Below, piece by piece: positions 29,115-43,296 of a DNA stretch of 64,000 bases (position 1 is its first letter; every line of letters starts with the position of its first letter). Position numbers and translations under genes: made by a program. Below the pieces are notes generated by a model that had not been told where the DNA came from, did not search any database, and saw nothing but the letters and a program-made list of their open reading frames with translations. The stretch comes from Phaeosaccion multiseriatum (taxonomy: Eukaryota; Protista; Ochrophyta, other classes). Location of the stretch: assembly GCA_965112735.1 (NCBI GenBank), contig OZ218953.1, positions 1,736,001 to 1,800,000 on the forward strand. Direction: 5' to 3'.

Positions 29115-30816
29115 TGCTGCTGCTACTGGGGCTGGTGGTGTCGCTGCTGATGCCTTTCGGGCGCCGGTTGGCTGCGGCGATACAGGAAGGGAGAGAGAGA
29201 GAGGGGGGGGGGTGGAGTAGGGACGGAGGGAGGAAGAGAGAGAGAGAGACCGGGGATAAGGGATTCGGTAGAGAGACAGAGGGATAGGTGTATGAAGAAG
29301 GGAACCAAAGACTTTCAACTCTTTTAGCTTTGCTCGGTGGTACAACATTGAATAGGCTGACCAGCATCTGTGTCAGCGAAAAGTGTTGAGTCTGTGACAA
29401 TGGGCAGTGCTTCCCTCACTATCTCCCAGCCTCACCCTCTCTGACTCTCCCTCTCACACACACACACACACACCCTCTCACCTGGTGTGTACAGCAGGGC
29501 CTGGCAGTCGCCGATATTGGCGGTGCATAGCATACCCTCGCAGAAGAGCACGAGCACAAGGCAAGCGCCCGAGCCTGAGGAGGGGGGAGGGGGTTCGAGG
29601 CATATGGGTGCAGGGATAGATGGATGAATGGACGGACAGATGAGTGATACATCGATGAATGGACTGATGTATGGATCGAATGAAGGCAGGCATGGGCCGC
29701 CCGGCACAATTACCTTCAAACTGTCCCTGCGGACTCGCGTAGACCTTCTCTTTGAAGCGGCGCCCCAGCGTCAGCAACGCCTCTGTGCACACGTCCTTCA
29801 TCCGCCGCCTCAGGATGTGCCCCTCCGAGGGCACACTCTGCGGCTGCTCCATGGGAGGAATCTCCTCTTCCTCCGCCACCACCGCATCACGCCTTTCTCC
29901 CGCCAGTCCGATAACCGTGACGGCGACTGGTTCTTCCTCCTCCTCCTTCTTCTCCACGCCGCTGCCGCCGCTGCTGCTGCTGCGGTTGCTGGGTACTGCC
30001 CCCGTCTCCTCTCCCCCGTGCCCTACTTGTCCCTCCTGCTCCTTCGGCGAGGAGGAAGACAGGCTAAGGGGGGCCCTCCACCCCTTGGCCTCCTTCACGA
30101 CGTCTGGAATATTCTCCTGCACACACATAGGGAGGAGGCACTGGCGTTGTTAGCAACAAGGGCATATACTTACCTACTTTTGAGAGGGTAGGCCGGCAAA
30201 AGCGGTACTGCGCCCCCCTTCTCCTTCCACTACTCCTCCTTCCTCTTCATGGCGACCTCAGCAGCCTCCCCCCCCCCTTTTTTTTTCACTTACCTGCAAC
30301 CACTGTGCGCACACATTCCCACCGTGCCCATCAATAACAGCAGCGAGGCGAAGCGTTTTGTTGACGAGCTCGCCTAAGCAGTCGACTTGGATCGTCAACT
30401 CGGCCGACACCTTGTCGAGCCAAAACAGCACAACACGACAACAGCAGAGGATCCAGGAGTGAGATTGATCAGGTTTGGTCTGGGAAGGGATGAAGAAGAG
30501 TCTGTTGTAAGGAAGGAGTTGCCTTGTTTTGATTCTCACTCCCACTCAAATGGTTGACTGATGTGTTTGTTACCTGGCGGTCTTCGTTCTGGGTGTGGCT
30601 GAGGCCCATTCGAGTCTCTTCGAAACAGGTGGTGGTCCATGCGGGCTCGGCAGGAGTGTCTGACATGGTTCGGGATGACGCATCCAACTCTTTGTCCTCG
30701 CCCCCCTCACCCGCTGCATCGCTGGCGAGGAACGTGGTCGTGAGTTTGCCGAGCGTGCTGGCACCAGTGCTCACCCTCTGGCCCTCCACATCTGCTGGTG
30801 CCAGCATCCCGCTCAT
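27498..30816 (-). CDS. PP2C/PPM-type protein phosphatase (multi-exon)
   Basis: Motifs NEDR, AVIDGHGG, ANIGDCQALL, LTQVH...ETRRIEQSGG, LEPSRSIGDWDVK, FVVLASDGLWDV and SDDITITV: the metal-binding Asp motifs are all present. Confidence 0.9.
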
Positions 30817-31722
30817 CTTCTTCCTCTTCTGTCTGCTTCCCTCACCTACTCATGACAAAGGAAGACAACGGAAAGAGGGACGAATGGGAGTGAGAAGATC
30901 GTTCCATTTTGAGCCAAAAAACCCTCCCTACCTGTCGCCTCTCTTCTGCCCTATGCCCCTACCTCCCGCCCTTCCCACCCTTCCTAATGATGTACATCAT
31001 CATACATATCATATAAGCTTACATCATTGCCCCCTTTCTTCTCGACAGGCGTTTTCCACACACCTGGTACAGCTGAGTTTAGTAAACCGAGTTTAAAAGG
31101 GGAGAAAGAGACTTTGCACCTGTCTTGCACTTCTTATCATCGCTGCAGTCTTCTCTTATACACCCCTGCCTCTTGCAATGCCACAATCGACGTGAGAACC
31201 TTACGGCAGAACACACACAAGCCCCTAAAAAAAAGACAAAAAAAAAAGAAGAATCGACGTCTCCCTTACGTAAGGGTCTCGTACGTACACCCGTTCCCTT
31301 CGGTCATTTCATTTCTGTTTTCTTTTTTCTATTTTTGAAGACCTGAGGCCCTTGTGTCTGCCGCCGTAGCTACCAAGGAATCAACAGGCTTCTTCGCATC
31401 TCAACCCCTGATGCACTACCCGCTATCCGCTATCGCCGGCGCCAGCCGATCCGCTATCCGCTATCGAGAATGTGGGCGATAGTGCGTCAGGGGTCGAGCA
31501 TGCGTCTGACCACACACCGCCTCTCTCTCTCTCTCCCTTTCTCTCTCTGGCTTGCTGCTTGCAGGAGTCAGAGGAACCCATGCCTGTAACCGCTCCCAAG
31601 TGGAGAAAGCAGACCCTCCATTGGGATTAAATGAATGAAGGCACGACCATCACTAAGGCCTCAGCACCCCCTTCCGTAGACCTTAGCATTCCTTGGTTAG
31701 TAAGCCTCAGCATTCATTCCCT

Positions 31723-31856
31723 TCAGTAGGCCTGATACGTCGTTGTCGAGGCCTCCATCTCCATCATCGTGCTGTCCTCCCCGATGGGATGGATGGATGG
31801 AGGGATGGCAACACACGCGACGCCACGGAGAGAGAAAGATAGACAAGCAAGCATAT

Positions 31857-31901
<45 letters not shown>

Positions 31902-32838
31902 CGCGGGGAGACAGGGAGACAGGCAGGGGCGCAGGGACGTGACCAAAACAGAGTCAAGCCTTGGAGAAACACACATGGACAGGCAAGTCCACAGCACCCA
32001 TCCCCCCCCCCGCCCCCCCCTCTACATCCCGTACCCGTCTTGCTCCCTCCCTTCCTCCGTCCCCCCACCCCCCCACTAACCCCTCCATCTCCCTCCCTCA
32101 CCTCCTCCTCATCTCGTCCACCAGCCGAGCCATTCCCGATGCATCCCCTCCTGCCTTGGCCGCGCGTGCCCCCGCCGCCAGCGAGTAGCTATCCAGCCGC
32201 ATGCCCTTGCTGCGCATGTGCTGCACAAGCTTGTTGACGTCAGCCCAGCGCTCCTGACCGGCGCAGGCTCGGATGGCACAGTTGTATTGGAAGGGGATGC
32301 TCGCCACGCCGTAGCGGGGCATCTCCTGCAGCAAGCTGAGTGCCTGCGGGTGCGGGGGTGGGGTCGACGGGGGGGGGTGAGAGAGCGAGGGATAGATAGA
32401 GAGAGAGAGAGAGAGAGATCCAGGGAGAGGAGACACAGAAGAGGCAAAAGGCGTCGTACCTCTTGGGCCAGGTTTCCGCGCTGGCACATCCTCAGCATGG
32501 TGTTGTAGCAGGAGGTGTCGGGCTTGACTCCCGACTGCTTCATCTCAGCGAATACCTGCATGGCTGTCGAGTACTGCCCTCCCTGCGTGGGTGTAGGGAG
32601 GATGGCAGTCGATGGGAATTCGTGAGCGGGAGGGGGGGCAGGGGAGGAGCGGGGATGGATGGGTGGATAGAGCGAGAAGGGAAAGCCAAGACAAGACGAG
32701 TAATCCCCCATCGAGAAGGAAGGCAAAGGAGGGACTAGATACAAAAACACATACGCACACCACACACACACAAAACTTGCCCAGCGAGACCAGGGTGGAG
32801 TGGAAGCTGTACGAGTCACACACACACTCTCTCTCTCA

Positions 32839-32873
<35 letters not shown>

Positions 32874-35800
32874 CTTGCCGAGTGCCACCAATGTGGAGTG
32901 GAAGCTGTACCAGTCCCTGCGGATGCCCGTGTCCTTCATGGTGCGGAGCAGCTCCAAGCACTTGGCCCAATTGCCTTGCTTGCTGTACGAGAAGAGCACC
33001 ACTCCGTAAGTCATGGTGTCCATACGCAGCTGCACTCCGCCCTTCTGCGGCTGTTTGGAGGGGGTGGGGGGGGGAGTTGGTTACGCAATGGGATGAAAGA
33101 GGTGGGTCGGGGGTCGATGGTGGAAAGAAAAAGAAGAAAGAAGAAAGAAGAAGAAGAAGAAGAAGAAGAAGAAGAAGAAGAAGAAGAAGAAGAAGAAGAA
33201 GAAGAAGAAGAAGAAGAAGAACATGGTTACGCAATGGGATGAAAGAGGTGGGTCGGGGGTCGATGGTGGAAAGAAAAAGAAGAAATAGAAATAGAAGAAG
33301 AAGAAGAAGAAGAAGAAGAAGAAGAAGAAGAAATAGAAATAGAAGAAGAAGGAGGAGGAGCAAGAGTGACAGGCAGTAGCAGGAGGAGCGCCATTGCTCG
33401 ACACAGTACATCATACCTGCAGCATCTGATCCAGCACGTCGAAGGCCTCGGCGTGGCGATTGGCCTTTGCACAAGCATTCATGGCATAGTTGTAGGCGTA
33501 GTTGGTTGGCATGAGGCCGTCCTGTAGGTAAGTGTGTGGGTGGGTGGGTTTGCGTGTGAATGGGTGTGTCGGTGTGTGGGGGTGCGTGCGTGCGTGCGTG
33601 TGTGTGGAGTGTGTGTGTGTTCGCCAGCGGGAAGAGGGTGGAGAGAGGGGAGGAAGATGAGTCACATGCCCCCCTACTCTCGACACAAAACAACCGAAGC
33701 GGCTAGGCCTGGCTTGGCCTGGACCCAACCCAAACACTCTTCCAATCCTGAGCCAATCATCCACTGCCATCCACTTCAGGCCTGAGCGAGTCATCCACTG
33801 CCATCCACTCGCCTGCTTGATTCTGTCCAGCAGCTCCAGCGCTCGCTCCCACTTGAGAGCCTTCTCGCACGCCCTCATTGCAGTGCAGTACGTAATTATG
33901 CCGATTTCCACCTGGTAGGGGGGGGAGGCGCGCACACGCGCACACGCACACACACACACACGCACACACGCACACACGCACACACGCACACACGCACGCA
34001 CACACCACAGCATGTAGGGGCGCAGGATAAGGTCGAGTACGAATAGGGGCCCAATCAAAGAAAATGGTTATGTTCATTCACTCACTCCCTTCCTCCCTTC
34101 CTCCCTCCCCTCCCCTCCACCCCCCCTCCCTCCCTGACTAACCTTTGCATCCTTCATGGCCTCCAGCGTGAGCACCGCCTTCTGCCACTGCGCCTTCTGT
34201 GAGTACGCGTTGATGAGGCTGTTGTAGCTGTAACTGTCGCGCCGCACGCCCAGGGCACCCATCTCAGCAAACAGCTCCTGCCATGGACGGACCGGGGTAT
34301 CGTAGGGTGGGGGTGAATAAGGTTGGGCGTGTGAATGAATAGACTGCAATTGAGGTCGGTTGGTCGGTTGGTCAGTCGGTCAGTCGGTCAGTCAGTCAGT
34401 CAGTAGGTCAGTCAGTAGGTCAGTTAGTTAGTCAGTCAGTCAGTCAGTCAGTAGGTCAGTCAGTCGGTCAACGAGTCAGTCAGTCAGTCAGTCAGTCAGT
34501 CAGTCAGTCGGTCAATCCGTCAGTCAGTCAGTCGGTTGGTCGGTCAGACGGTCGGTCAGCCAGTCGGTCAGTGAATCAGTCAGTAAATCAGTCAGCCACT
34601 TCGTTTAATCGGTCGGTCGGTCAGCCCCTCCCCTCCCCCTCCCCTCCCTCACCTCTGCCTGAACGTAGCTGCCTGCCTTGGCGAGGGCGTGAAGCACCCC
34701 GTTGTAGCAGTACGTGTCGGGGGTGAGGCCGTGCTCGCTCAGCTCCCGCAGCACCGCCAGAGCCCTGCTCGTTCGTTCGTGCAAGGGTGCATACGGTGGG
34801 TGTGTGTAAGTTGGGTTGGGTGAGGTGGGTTGGATGCATACGTGGGTGAGTTGGAGAGTTTTGCATTGGTCTAAAGTTGCTTGCGTGCATGTGGTGCCGA
34901 CCAGCGCAGCGGGGTGAACGGTGGTGTGCATAGGGTACGGAGGATGCGCATGCAGACTTGACGGTTACGGAAATGTTTCGCTACGTACCCCTCTCCATCC
35001 TTCTCTGCAGCCAATCCCTGAATGACGTTGGAGTACGTCACGAGATCGGGCTTGATTCCGTCCTCCTGGTGAAGATGATAAGGGAGAGGGGACGGAGAGA
35101 AGAGAGAGAGAGAGAGAGAGAGAAGGGGGGGGTGAGGCCAAAGAGGGAGGGAGTAATGCAATCAACCAGTCAGTCAAGCCAGTAAGTCCGTCGTGCAACT
35201 TTGCTTGGCTCGTCCTTCACCTACACACACGACAGATGCCGCCACTCCCTCCCCACCACCCCCCACCTCCCCTACCTCCCCTACCTCCCCCCTCTTCCCC
35301 TCGCACCTGCATTTTGGCCATGAGGAGCTTGATTTGGTCCTTCCTGTTGGCTCTAAGGCAGGCCGTGATGGCGTTGTTGTAGCTGTAACTGTCGGGGGTG
35401 AGCTGCAAGGGCAGGCACAAGGGGGAGCGGGGCAGAGGGAAGGGGTGGGGTTAGGGGAGGACAAGAACGGAGTGAGGAAGCAGGCTGTTTTGGGCGGTGT
35501 CTTCTCTCGATGTTGGTGATTCAGCTCAGTTTAGTTCAGTTCAGTTCAGCTCTTAATCGATGCCACCATCCAAAAATTTCGATGCGCAAAATCGACTCGA
35601 TAAGTTGGTATCACATGCTTCTGGACCAACTTAGTGATACTTGGGGCGGGGGTTGAATTGGAGTCCAAACTCAAACTGTCCCGCTCAGGCCCACCCTCCC
35701 GCCCCACTCCACCCACCCTCGCACTCACGTCATTGACCCGCATTTCGTCCAGCAGCGCCAGGGCCCTTCTCCACATCCCCATCCCCGCGCAGCACTTTAT

Positions 35801-37986
35801 GGCGGCGTTGTAGGACATGCTGCTCCGTGCAGAGAGGGGGGGGGGGGCAGAGGTAAGGGGGAGGAGGGAGAGAGGGAGAGAGGGAGAGAGGGAGGGAGGG
35901 AGGGAGAGGGAGAGAGGGAGGGAGGGAAGAGAGGGAGAGAGGGAGGGAGGGAGGGAGAGGGAGAGGGAGGGAGAGAGGGAGGGAGAGAGAGGGAGAGAGG
36001 GAGGGAGAGAGGGAGAGAGGGAGGGAGGGAGGGAGGGAAGGAGGGAGGGAGGGAGGGAGGGAGAGAGAGGAGGAGGGTGCCCGTTCGGCCTACACACTTA
36101 GTTACGCACACACACATACACACACACATCCACACACCCACACACCGACCCATCCACACATCCTCATCCACGCACACACACACATGACTTACAGCGTCGG
36201 GCGCCTCTTGACGGTATTCATCTCGTCAAAGAGCTGCAGCCCTGCCTTGTGGTTACCGCCCCTCTCGCACGCCGTCATGCAGGCCCGAAACATCTCCTCG
36301 TTGGGCTTGATGCCCACTGCCTTGGCCTCCGCCAGAAGCTTCAGAGCCCTCTCTCCGTCCTTCCTCTGTCAGGGTCAGGGTCGCATCAGGGTCAGGGTCC
36401 AGGCGACAGGGTCAATCACTCGGACGCTTAAGGATGCCTCTGCTCCCCCCCCCCCCCATTTCCTCGCCCTCTCTGTCTCCCTCCTCTCCTCCTCCCTAGC
36501 TCCCTTCCTCCCTCCCTGCCCCCCCCTCCTTCCTCTCCCTCTCCGTCTCTCCCTCCCTCCTCCATCCCTCCCTCCCCGCCCTCCCTCCCCCCCTCCCTGC
36601 CCGCCTCCCTCTCTCCCTCTTCCTCTTCCTCTCTCTCTCGCTGTCTCTCCTCCATCTCCGTCTCTCTCTCTCTCTCCCCCTACTTCTCTATCGCTCTCTT
36701 TTGTCTCTCTCCCTCCCCCTCTCCTGCCCCACCCCCCCCCGGTCGGGTCCTCTTCAAAAGCGTTTCAGAAAGAACTCCGACGGCGACGCACCTTGGCGAG
36801 AGCCTTGATGGCGGTCCCGTAAGAGACCACGTCCGGTGCTACCTGAGAGGGGCATAGAGAGAGGGGGGGGGGGTTTACTGTCCTCGTCCGGTTTGAACTA
36901 CCCTCGTGCTGCTACCCGTCACTGCCACTACTACCTACTACCACCACGACACACACACACACGCGCACCCACCTGCTCGTCTGCCCTCAGCTCGTCAAAC
37001 AGCTCGATGGCCGCCTGCACCTTCCCGCTCCTTGTGTAGGCGTTGATGAGCGTGTTAAAAGTCACCACGTCCCTCTGCACACCAGCATCCTTCATCTCCT
37101 GCAGCAGCAGCGTGGTGTAGTGCCAGTGGCGGCCCTTGGCACATGCGTCGAGTACAATGTTGTAATGTACGGTGGTCACGCGAGGAAAGTTTGCCAACAT
37201 CTCCTCCAGCACTCCGATTGCCTGTGGTGTGCGTGTGTGCGTGTGGCAGTTCGTCAGTCAGTCAGTCAGCGTGTGTGTATGCATGCGCGTGCGTGAAATT
37301 GCGCGTGTGTGTTGCGTGTGGTATGTGTGTGCGAGGATGGCGAAAGCTTTGCAGCTATCACTATCATTCTCTCCTTTCTCTCTCTCTCACACACACACAC
37401 CTGTTTGCGCTTGCTATTCCGATCCAGCACGTTGATGAGTGGGCCGTAGGTGAGAGCGTTGGGCTTGATGTTGTCGTGCCTCATTTGCCGGAAGAGCCGC
37501 GCTGCTTCTCGCCAGCGGTCGGCCCTGTCGAAGGCTTTAAAGCAGCAGTTGAAGTGGTACAGACTCAGCTTCACGGCGCTGGCGTCACGACTTTTGTCAC
37601 TCCCGCTGCTGCTACTGTCCGAGGTGGCTCCATCCTCAACAGTAATAGCCGTAGTGACCGCAGCAGCAGCAACAGCACCAGTACCAGCAGCAGCAGCAGC
37701 ACCATCCGCATCAGTTGGTGATACAGCAGCAGGAGCAAGAGGCTGGCGACGACGAGCAATGTCATTGAGGAGTGCCTGAGCGCTCATCCAACGCCCTGTC
37801 TTTGCGCACAGCTTGAGCAGCACATTGTAGACCACCACATCGGGTTCGATTCCGTCTGCGTGCAGGTCCATCAGGAGACGCAGGGCAGCGTCCACCTTGC
37901 GGGGGGGGAAGGAGGAGATGGCAGCCCGGTACGTGGCCAGGTCGGGCTTGATCCTGCCACTGCCCATTGGACTACTACTACTACTA

Positions 37987-38018
<32 letters not shown>

Positions 38019-39335
38019 ATTGTTGCTGTTGCTCCCCTTCGTGGTGGTGGTGGTGCCTTCGACCCCCTCGCCGTCATTCATTCGCTGAAGCAGCTGCAGC
38101 ACGACGCCCCACTGCTTGTGTTTGCTGCAGGCGATGATTGCACTTCGGAAGTGGCACAGTCGCAACTGAACCCTACTAGTGCCGTCATCGTCCGTGGCCT
38201 TCGTCTTGGCGTTGGCGTTGGCACTGCTCTTGTTCTTTTGCTTGGCCTTCTTCCTCTTCTTCTTCTTCTTCTTGCTCGCCTCCCCCATCTCTCCCATCTC
38301 TTGAATAATGTTGTAGGCCCTCTTCCAGCCCCATCGCTGGAAGGTCTTTTCACACGCCAGAAGGGAGAGCGTGTGCATGTCCTGGGTGGGCTCCACTCCG
38401 TTGGCCCGGGCGGTGGCGCTCACGTCCACTGCCTCTACGTAGCGCTGGGCCTGAACCATGCTAAAGATGACCAGCGCGTATTGCTCGGCGCTCAGCTGGT
38501 CCACCCCATGATGCTGCTTGCTGTCCAGCTGCTTCTTGTTGTCCTGCTTCTGCTGCTTGGTGTCTTGCTGTTGTTGTACGTTATCGATGTACAGGTGTAC
38601 TACGTCGGAGTGTCGCCCCTCTTCGATAAGGGAGGGCAAGAGCTCAGCGAAGGGGGTGTTCCTCTCCTTCTCTGTCAATAACCGACTCGCTTCAGAAGCA
38701 GCCTGCCCCGACACTGCCGCTGCCTCCTCCGCTACTCCAGTCGATGGAGAGGACCCGCTTCTTGTACCACCATCACTACTTCCGCTGCCCTCCCTGCCTG
38801 CCATGGCACCTCCGCCCGACGTGAGAGCCTCCTGGAGGTGCCGGAAAGCGACGTCGGGGTCCATGCTCAGCAGAGCATCAACCTCTAGCACCGTCGCTCC
38901 TGCCGCACCTCCTACTCCTCCTTCTCCATCCCCTCCTCCTGCTACTGCGGCTACTGCTACCCTGGCGTGGGTGCCCCGTCTGCTTCGAGAGCCAAATGCA
39001 TGACGACCTCTGGCTCTGCTCGTTTCACCGCTGAAAGCATCGAGCTGCTGTCCCAGTCTCACGCGGCTTGTACTGCAGCTACCGCGGGTGCTTGTACACC
39101 AATCGGTGTTGCCGCTGTTGCGCGCTCCTTTCCTCTTGCGCCCCCTTTGCCTCTGCGGCTGCTGCTGCTCCCGGTGCAGCTGCCCCACACCCGCCGGGTG
39201 GCTGCAAAAACCAAGCAAAGAGCTCGCTCTGGTGCCGGAGCTTGACGATGGTCGAGGATATGACGCCTGTGACCAGGGGTTGGGCGTGTTGTCACCTCGC
39301 TGATCCCTAACTCCGGAGATCGAATGTCCATTCAT
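31723..39335 (-). CDS. Pentatricopeptide-repeat (PPR) protein, many exons; both termini approximate
   Basis: Many 35-aa-type repeats: GIEPDVVVYNVLLKLCAK, IKPNALTYGPLI, GVQRDVVTFNTLINAY, LTPDSYSYNNAITAC, GLTPDTYCYNGVL, GVRRDSYSYNSLINAY, GVKPDTSCYNTML. Confidence 0.9.
33078..33350. repeat. Intronic duplication of a ~60-bp unit, each copy followed by (GAA)n
   Basis: tggttacgcaatgggatgaaagaggtgggtcgggggtcgatggtggaaagaaaaagaagaaa at ~33078 and ~33224. Confidence 0.9.
34354..34625. repeat. (CAGT/CGGT)n tetranucleotide tract in PPR intron
   Basis: Read directly. Confidence 0.9.
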
Positions 39336-39621
39336 GTCTCGCTCAAATGTATGGCTTCAACCCCCTGCACTCTCCCTCCACCTTCCACCCTCAAACCAGA
39401 GGTCCGCAGGATGCGGATGACACGAGTAAGGACACCAGACAGTTGGGCAAAGCAGAAGCTGGTGCAAGACCACCAGGAGGGGAGAAAAAAAAATAGGAGG
39501 AGGGGAGGAGAAAGAACCTTGAGAATGTATAAAAGTAAGGCTCATGGAACGCAACTGTGAGTCCGTATCACCACCACACATCCTTCCCCCCCGATTTTTT
39601 CCACACTAACCCTTCTCGATT

Positions 39622-42600
39622 ATGAAGAAGGGCTCGCTTTACCCCACACCTTTCACGAGCCACGACTACGGCGATGGATTTGCCCCGAAGACGAGGCTTG
39701 AGCTGCTCTTCCAGAGCCTGAGCAATAGCATCAGGTCGAAGCCCCAGTGGCAAATCAAGATGAAAGACGCCGAAATTGTACCGAGATGGAAGGCTGAGTT
39801 TGTGGTGGGAGGTGGGGGTGGCGCGGAAGGGGGGGGCTTGCAAGGAGGAGGAGGAGGAGGAGGAGGAGGAGGAGAAGGAGGAGAAGAAGGAGAAGAAGAG
39901 GGCGAGGAGGAGGATGATGATGATGAGGAGGAGGAGGATGAGGAAGGCGCCGTCATCGCGAGTGCCGAGAAGGAGAAGGTCTTCGCGCTGTGTCTCGAGC
40001 AGCTGCAGTACATTGCAGAGACGTTCTCAGAGCCCAAGTGTTCACTATCTGCCGTCAATGGAGTTTTCCAGTCAGACTCGCTGCTGCTCTCCAAGTCGGA
40101 GGGAGTGGAGGGTACATTGAGGGAAGCGCTGCTGAGAGAGGTGGCAAAGCTGGAAGGCGTTCCTGAGGAGGAGAAGGATTGGCACCCGGGATCTAACCAG
40201 CAGGTGATGAAGGGGTGATGCGTACTGCCCTGAAGTAAAGGAAATGAAGGGGGCTTAAGGAAAGCTCCCTCCCATTCAGCTCCTCCTCCCATCTGCCTTA
40301 CTCAACCTAACCCACATTCTCCTCTCATCGGGCATGTTGCGTGACCTCTTTCCTTTGCTACCTTTGGGTCGAAAGGTTCTGGACCTTGTGCACCCTTCTC
40401 TGTTCCCACTCGTGTACGGGGTGAGCAGCGCCCTCGATGCTCCTACCACCTCTCTGGAGGCCTCCTTCAACGCCATGGGGAGGGGAACGCCCCTGCAGCT
40501 GCCTGAAGACGGTGGGTGAGCGAGAGAGAACAAATGACGGAATGCAAACCCCTTCCTCCATATCCCCACGGCCGTGTCGGAGGCGCACTTCCCTCATTCA
40601 GCCCCCCCCCCGCCGTGCTCTTGTTGACTCGATGACCACGCTCCGCTCCCTCTTACCCCTCCGCTTGTTCTCGCTTGACCGTGACTCCTCCTCCCCTTGT
40701 AGTGACGGAGTCAAAGGCATCCTATGCAGGGTACTCTGTGTCTGACCGCTTCCAGTGGCTGCCGTCGGAGTTCGCCGTGGCAAGCGATGGAGGTAAGCTC
40801 GGGCGGTCTTGAGGCGACTCACTCACACACTCCTTGACTCACTCACTCACCCATTCCCCCACTCAATCGCCACTCAATCAAGCACTCACTCAATCACTCA
40901 CTCACTCCCTCCCTTCCTTCCTTCCTTCCTTCCTTCCTCCGTCCCCCCCACACCTCCCTCCCTAACTCCCTACCTCCTTAGGTGAAGTGAAGGTCAGCAT
41001 CGAGAGCTACATCAACAATCTGCACCCCGAAGACCACCGTGTTCTGTACACCATCATCGAGCAGACCTTTGCCAAGTGCCTCCCCTTGCTCAGCGCAGTG
41101 CTGGAAAGTCTGAAGGCCACACAGGAGCAAAAGGACCTGGATGGTCGAACACACTGGGAGATAAAAACGCCCTCTGACGATTGCAACTGGTATGACGAGG
41201 ACGAGCCCCCGTCAGACGATCTTTATGATGATGACGAAGCCTATGAAGCATGGGAGAACAATCGAAAGATAAACATCCCTGAGCTGCCTGAGCAGTTTAC
41301 TCCCCTTGGGGAGAAACCCGGCATGGACCCACTGAAGGTCCTCGAAGAGGCAGCTTCAACCGCGGAAGGCGGAGGAGCGGCAGGAGCAGCAGAAGGAGGA
41401 GGGAAGAAGAAGCTCCAAGTGATTACTAAACTCGCCAATATTGAGCTCACGCCCGAGAGCCCACGATACCCCGGAGGAAGCTGGTGAGTGAGTGAGTGAG
41501 TGTGAGTAGAGACGAACGTATGCGCCACCCAAACTGAGTCTCGAGGTAGTTGCTTTCTATCTGCGTGTTGCTCTTCACCCCTCCATGCTGAAGTCTTCAG
41601 AGTCTGTGGGGGCATTCATTCTGTCCCTCTCTTCTCTCTTTTATCTCTCTTCTCTCTCTCCCTGTCCCCCCCCCTCTCTCTCCCTCCCCGTCTCCCTCTC
41701 TCTCTCTCCCCGTCATATCACGTCACATAGGCACGTGGAGGGCATGGAAGGTGAGCACATTGTCGCCACAGCCATCTACTACTACAGCAGCGACAACATA
41801 GGAGAGAGTCGGCTCCTCTTCCGGCAGGCCATCAGAGAGCCCGAGTATCAGCAGAACGACAACCGCGGAGTGCATGTCGTGTTTGGCCTTGAAGACGGAG
41901 AAGGGCTCTCGCAGCCCTTGGGAGGAGTAACGGCCGAGGAGGGGCGCTGCATTGCTTTCCCCAACATTTATCAACACCGCGTGGCTCCGTTCGAGCTGCT
42001 GGATAAGACCAAGCCTGGCCACAGAAAGATTCTCGTCTTCTTCCTAGTGGACCCGGCCCTGAAGGGTAAGAAGGAGGAGAGGAGTGTTCCACGGATTGTT
42101 CCTATTGAAAAGTCGAGGAAGGAAGGAAGGAAGGCACTGCACGCTGCTGCCTGCTCTTTGTACTTGTTCTGTCTTGTTTCCGAGACTAGATGTGTCTGTC
42201 ATCGAGGAAGCCACCCCACCTCACTAACAGATCAATCGACCGCCGCTCTGCGCGTGCCGTCTTCTCTTTCTCTATCTGTCCCTCTCTTTGTCTTCCTTTC
42301 CCTCTCTCCGTCTCCGTCCCTCCCTCTCCCTCCCCCCCCCCCTTTCTCTCTCCTTCTCCCCATCTCTCTCTGTTCACTCTCTCTCTGCTGGTTGCCTCCT
42401 CAGTGGTTTCAACTGCGTCCGTGCCCCCGCAGCAGCGCTCCTGGATCGTACGAGCGACATCCGATGCCTTGACTTCGGCCATGTCGGCCCTCAGCACGAA
42501 CCCAACTCCTGATACCACCCCTGCCGCTGCCGCTGCCGCTGCCACTGCCACTGCCGCTGCCGCCGCTGCTGCTGCTGCTGCTACCGATGCTCCTCCTCCT

Positions 42601-42798
42601 CCCCCTCCTTCGGGCCCGCTGGAGGGGAGGAACCCCCTTCCCGACCTGGCGCTGGACACGACGCTGGGCTTCGTGGGGGGCATGACGCTGGAGCAGGCCA
42701 AGGCTTATCGGGCGGAGCTCATGGACGAGAGGAGGGCCTTTGTGGAGGAGAACAACGAGGTCGTGTTTGAGAGAGAGTTCTCCCTGTGCGAGCACTAA
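39622..42798 (+). CDS. DUF4246-family protein (multi-exon)
   Basis: Motifs KDWHPGSNQQ|VLDLVHPSLFPLVYG, FQWLPSEF, IESYINNLHP, LQVITKLANIELTP..YPGGSW|HVEG, EHIVATAIYYY, FPNIYQHRVAPFEL.DKTKPGHRKILVFFLVDP, STASVPPQQ and C-terminal FSLCEH*. Confidence 0.88.
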
Positions 42799-42799
42799 T

Positions 42800-42843
<44 letters not shown>

Positions 42844-43296
42844 TAATTTTATAAATAGAGCGAGTTCTCCTACATTTTTCCTGTTTCCTATATTTATTTG
42901 CTATTGTACAATGTATTGTGAGACCAAAGGCAGAGGCACAGATAGAGAGTCATGCGAGATTGTATTGCTAGGCTACACAGTCAGATTGGCTTTTCCTTTT
43001 TTTGCCCTCAGCTTCCTACGAATCATAACCCACGTCTATGCCCCGAGCTTGTTCTGTTCTCATCTTGCCCCTCCCCTCAAGGATGACACCAAAGGATCGT
43101 CCCAACCTCTCCCTATACTAAATATTACTCCCCCCTTCCCTCCCTCTACAGTAATACTATCTAATGGTGAGTGAGTGTGTTGTGTGAGTGAGTGCGTGAG
43201 TGAGTTCGTGAGTGTGTTGTGTGTGTGCGTGCATTGCGTGAGCGTGATTCTTACGTATCTCTCCGTACAAACGACTTCTTACACGCCCAAAACAAA

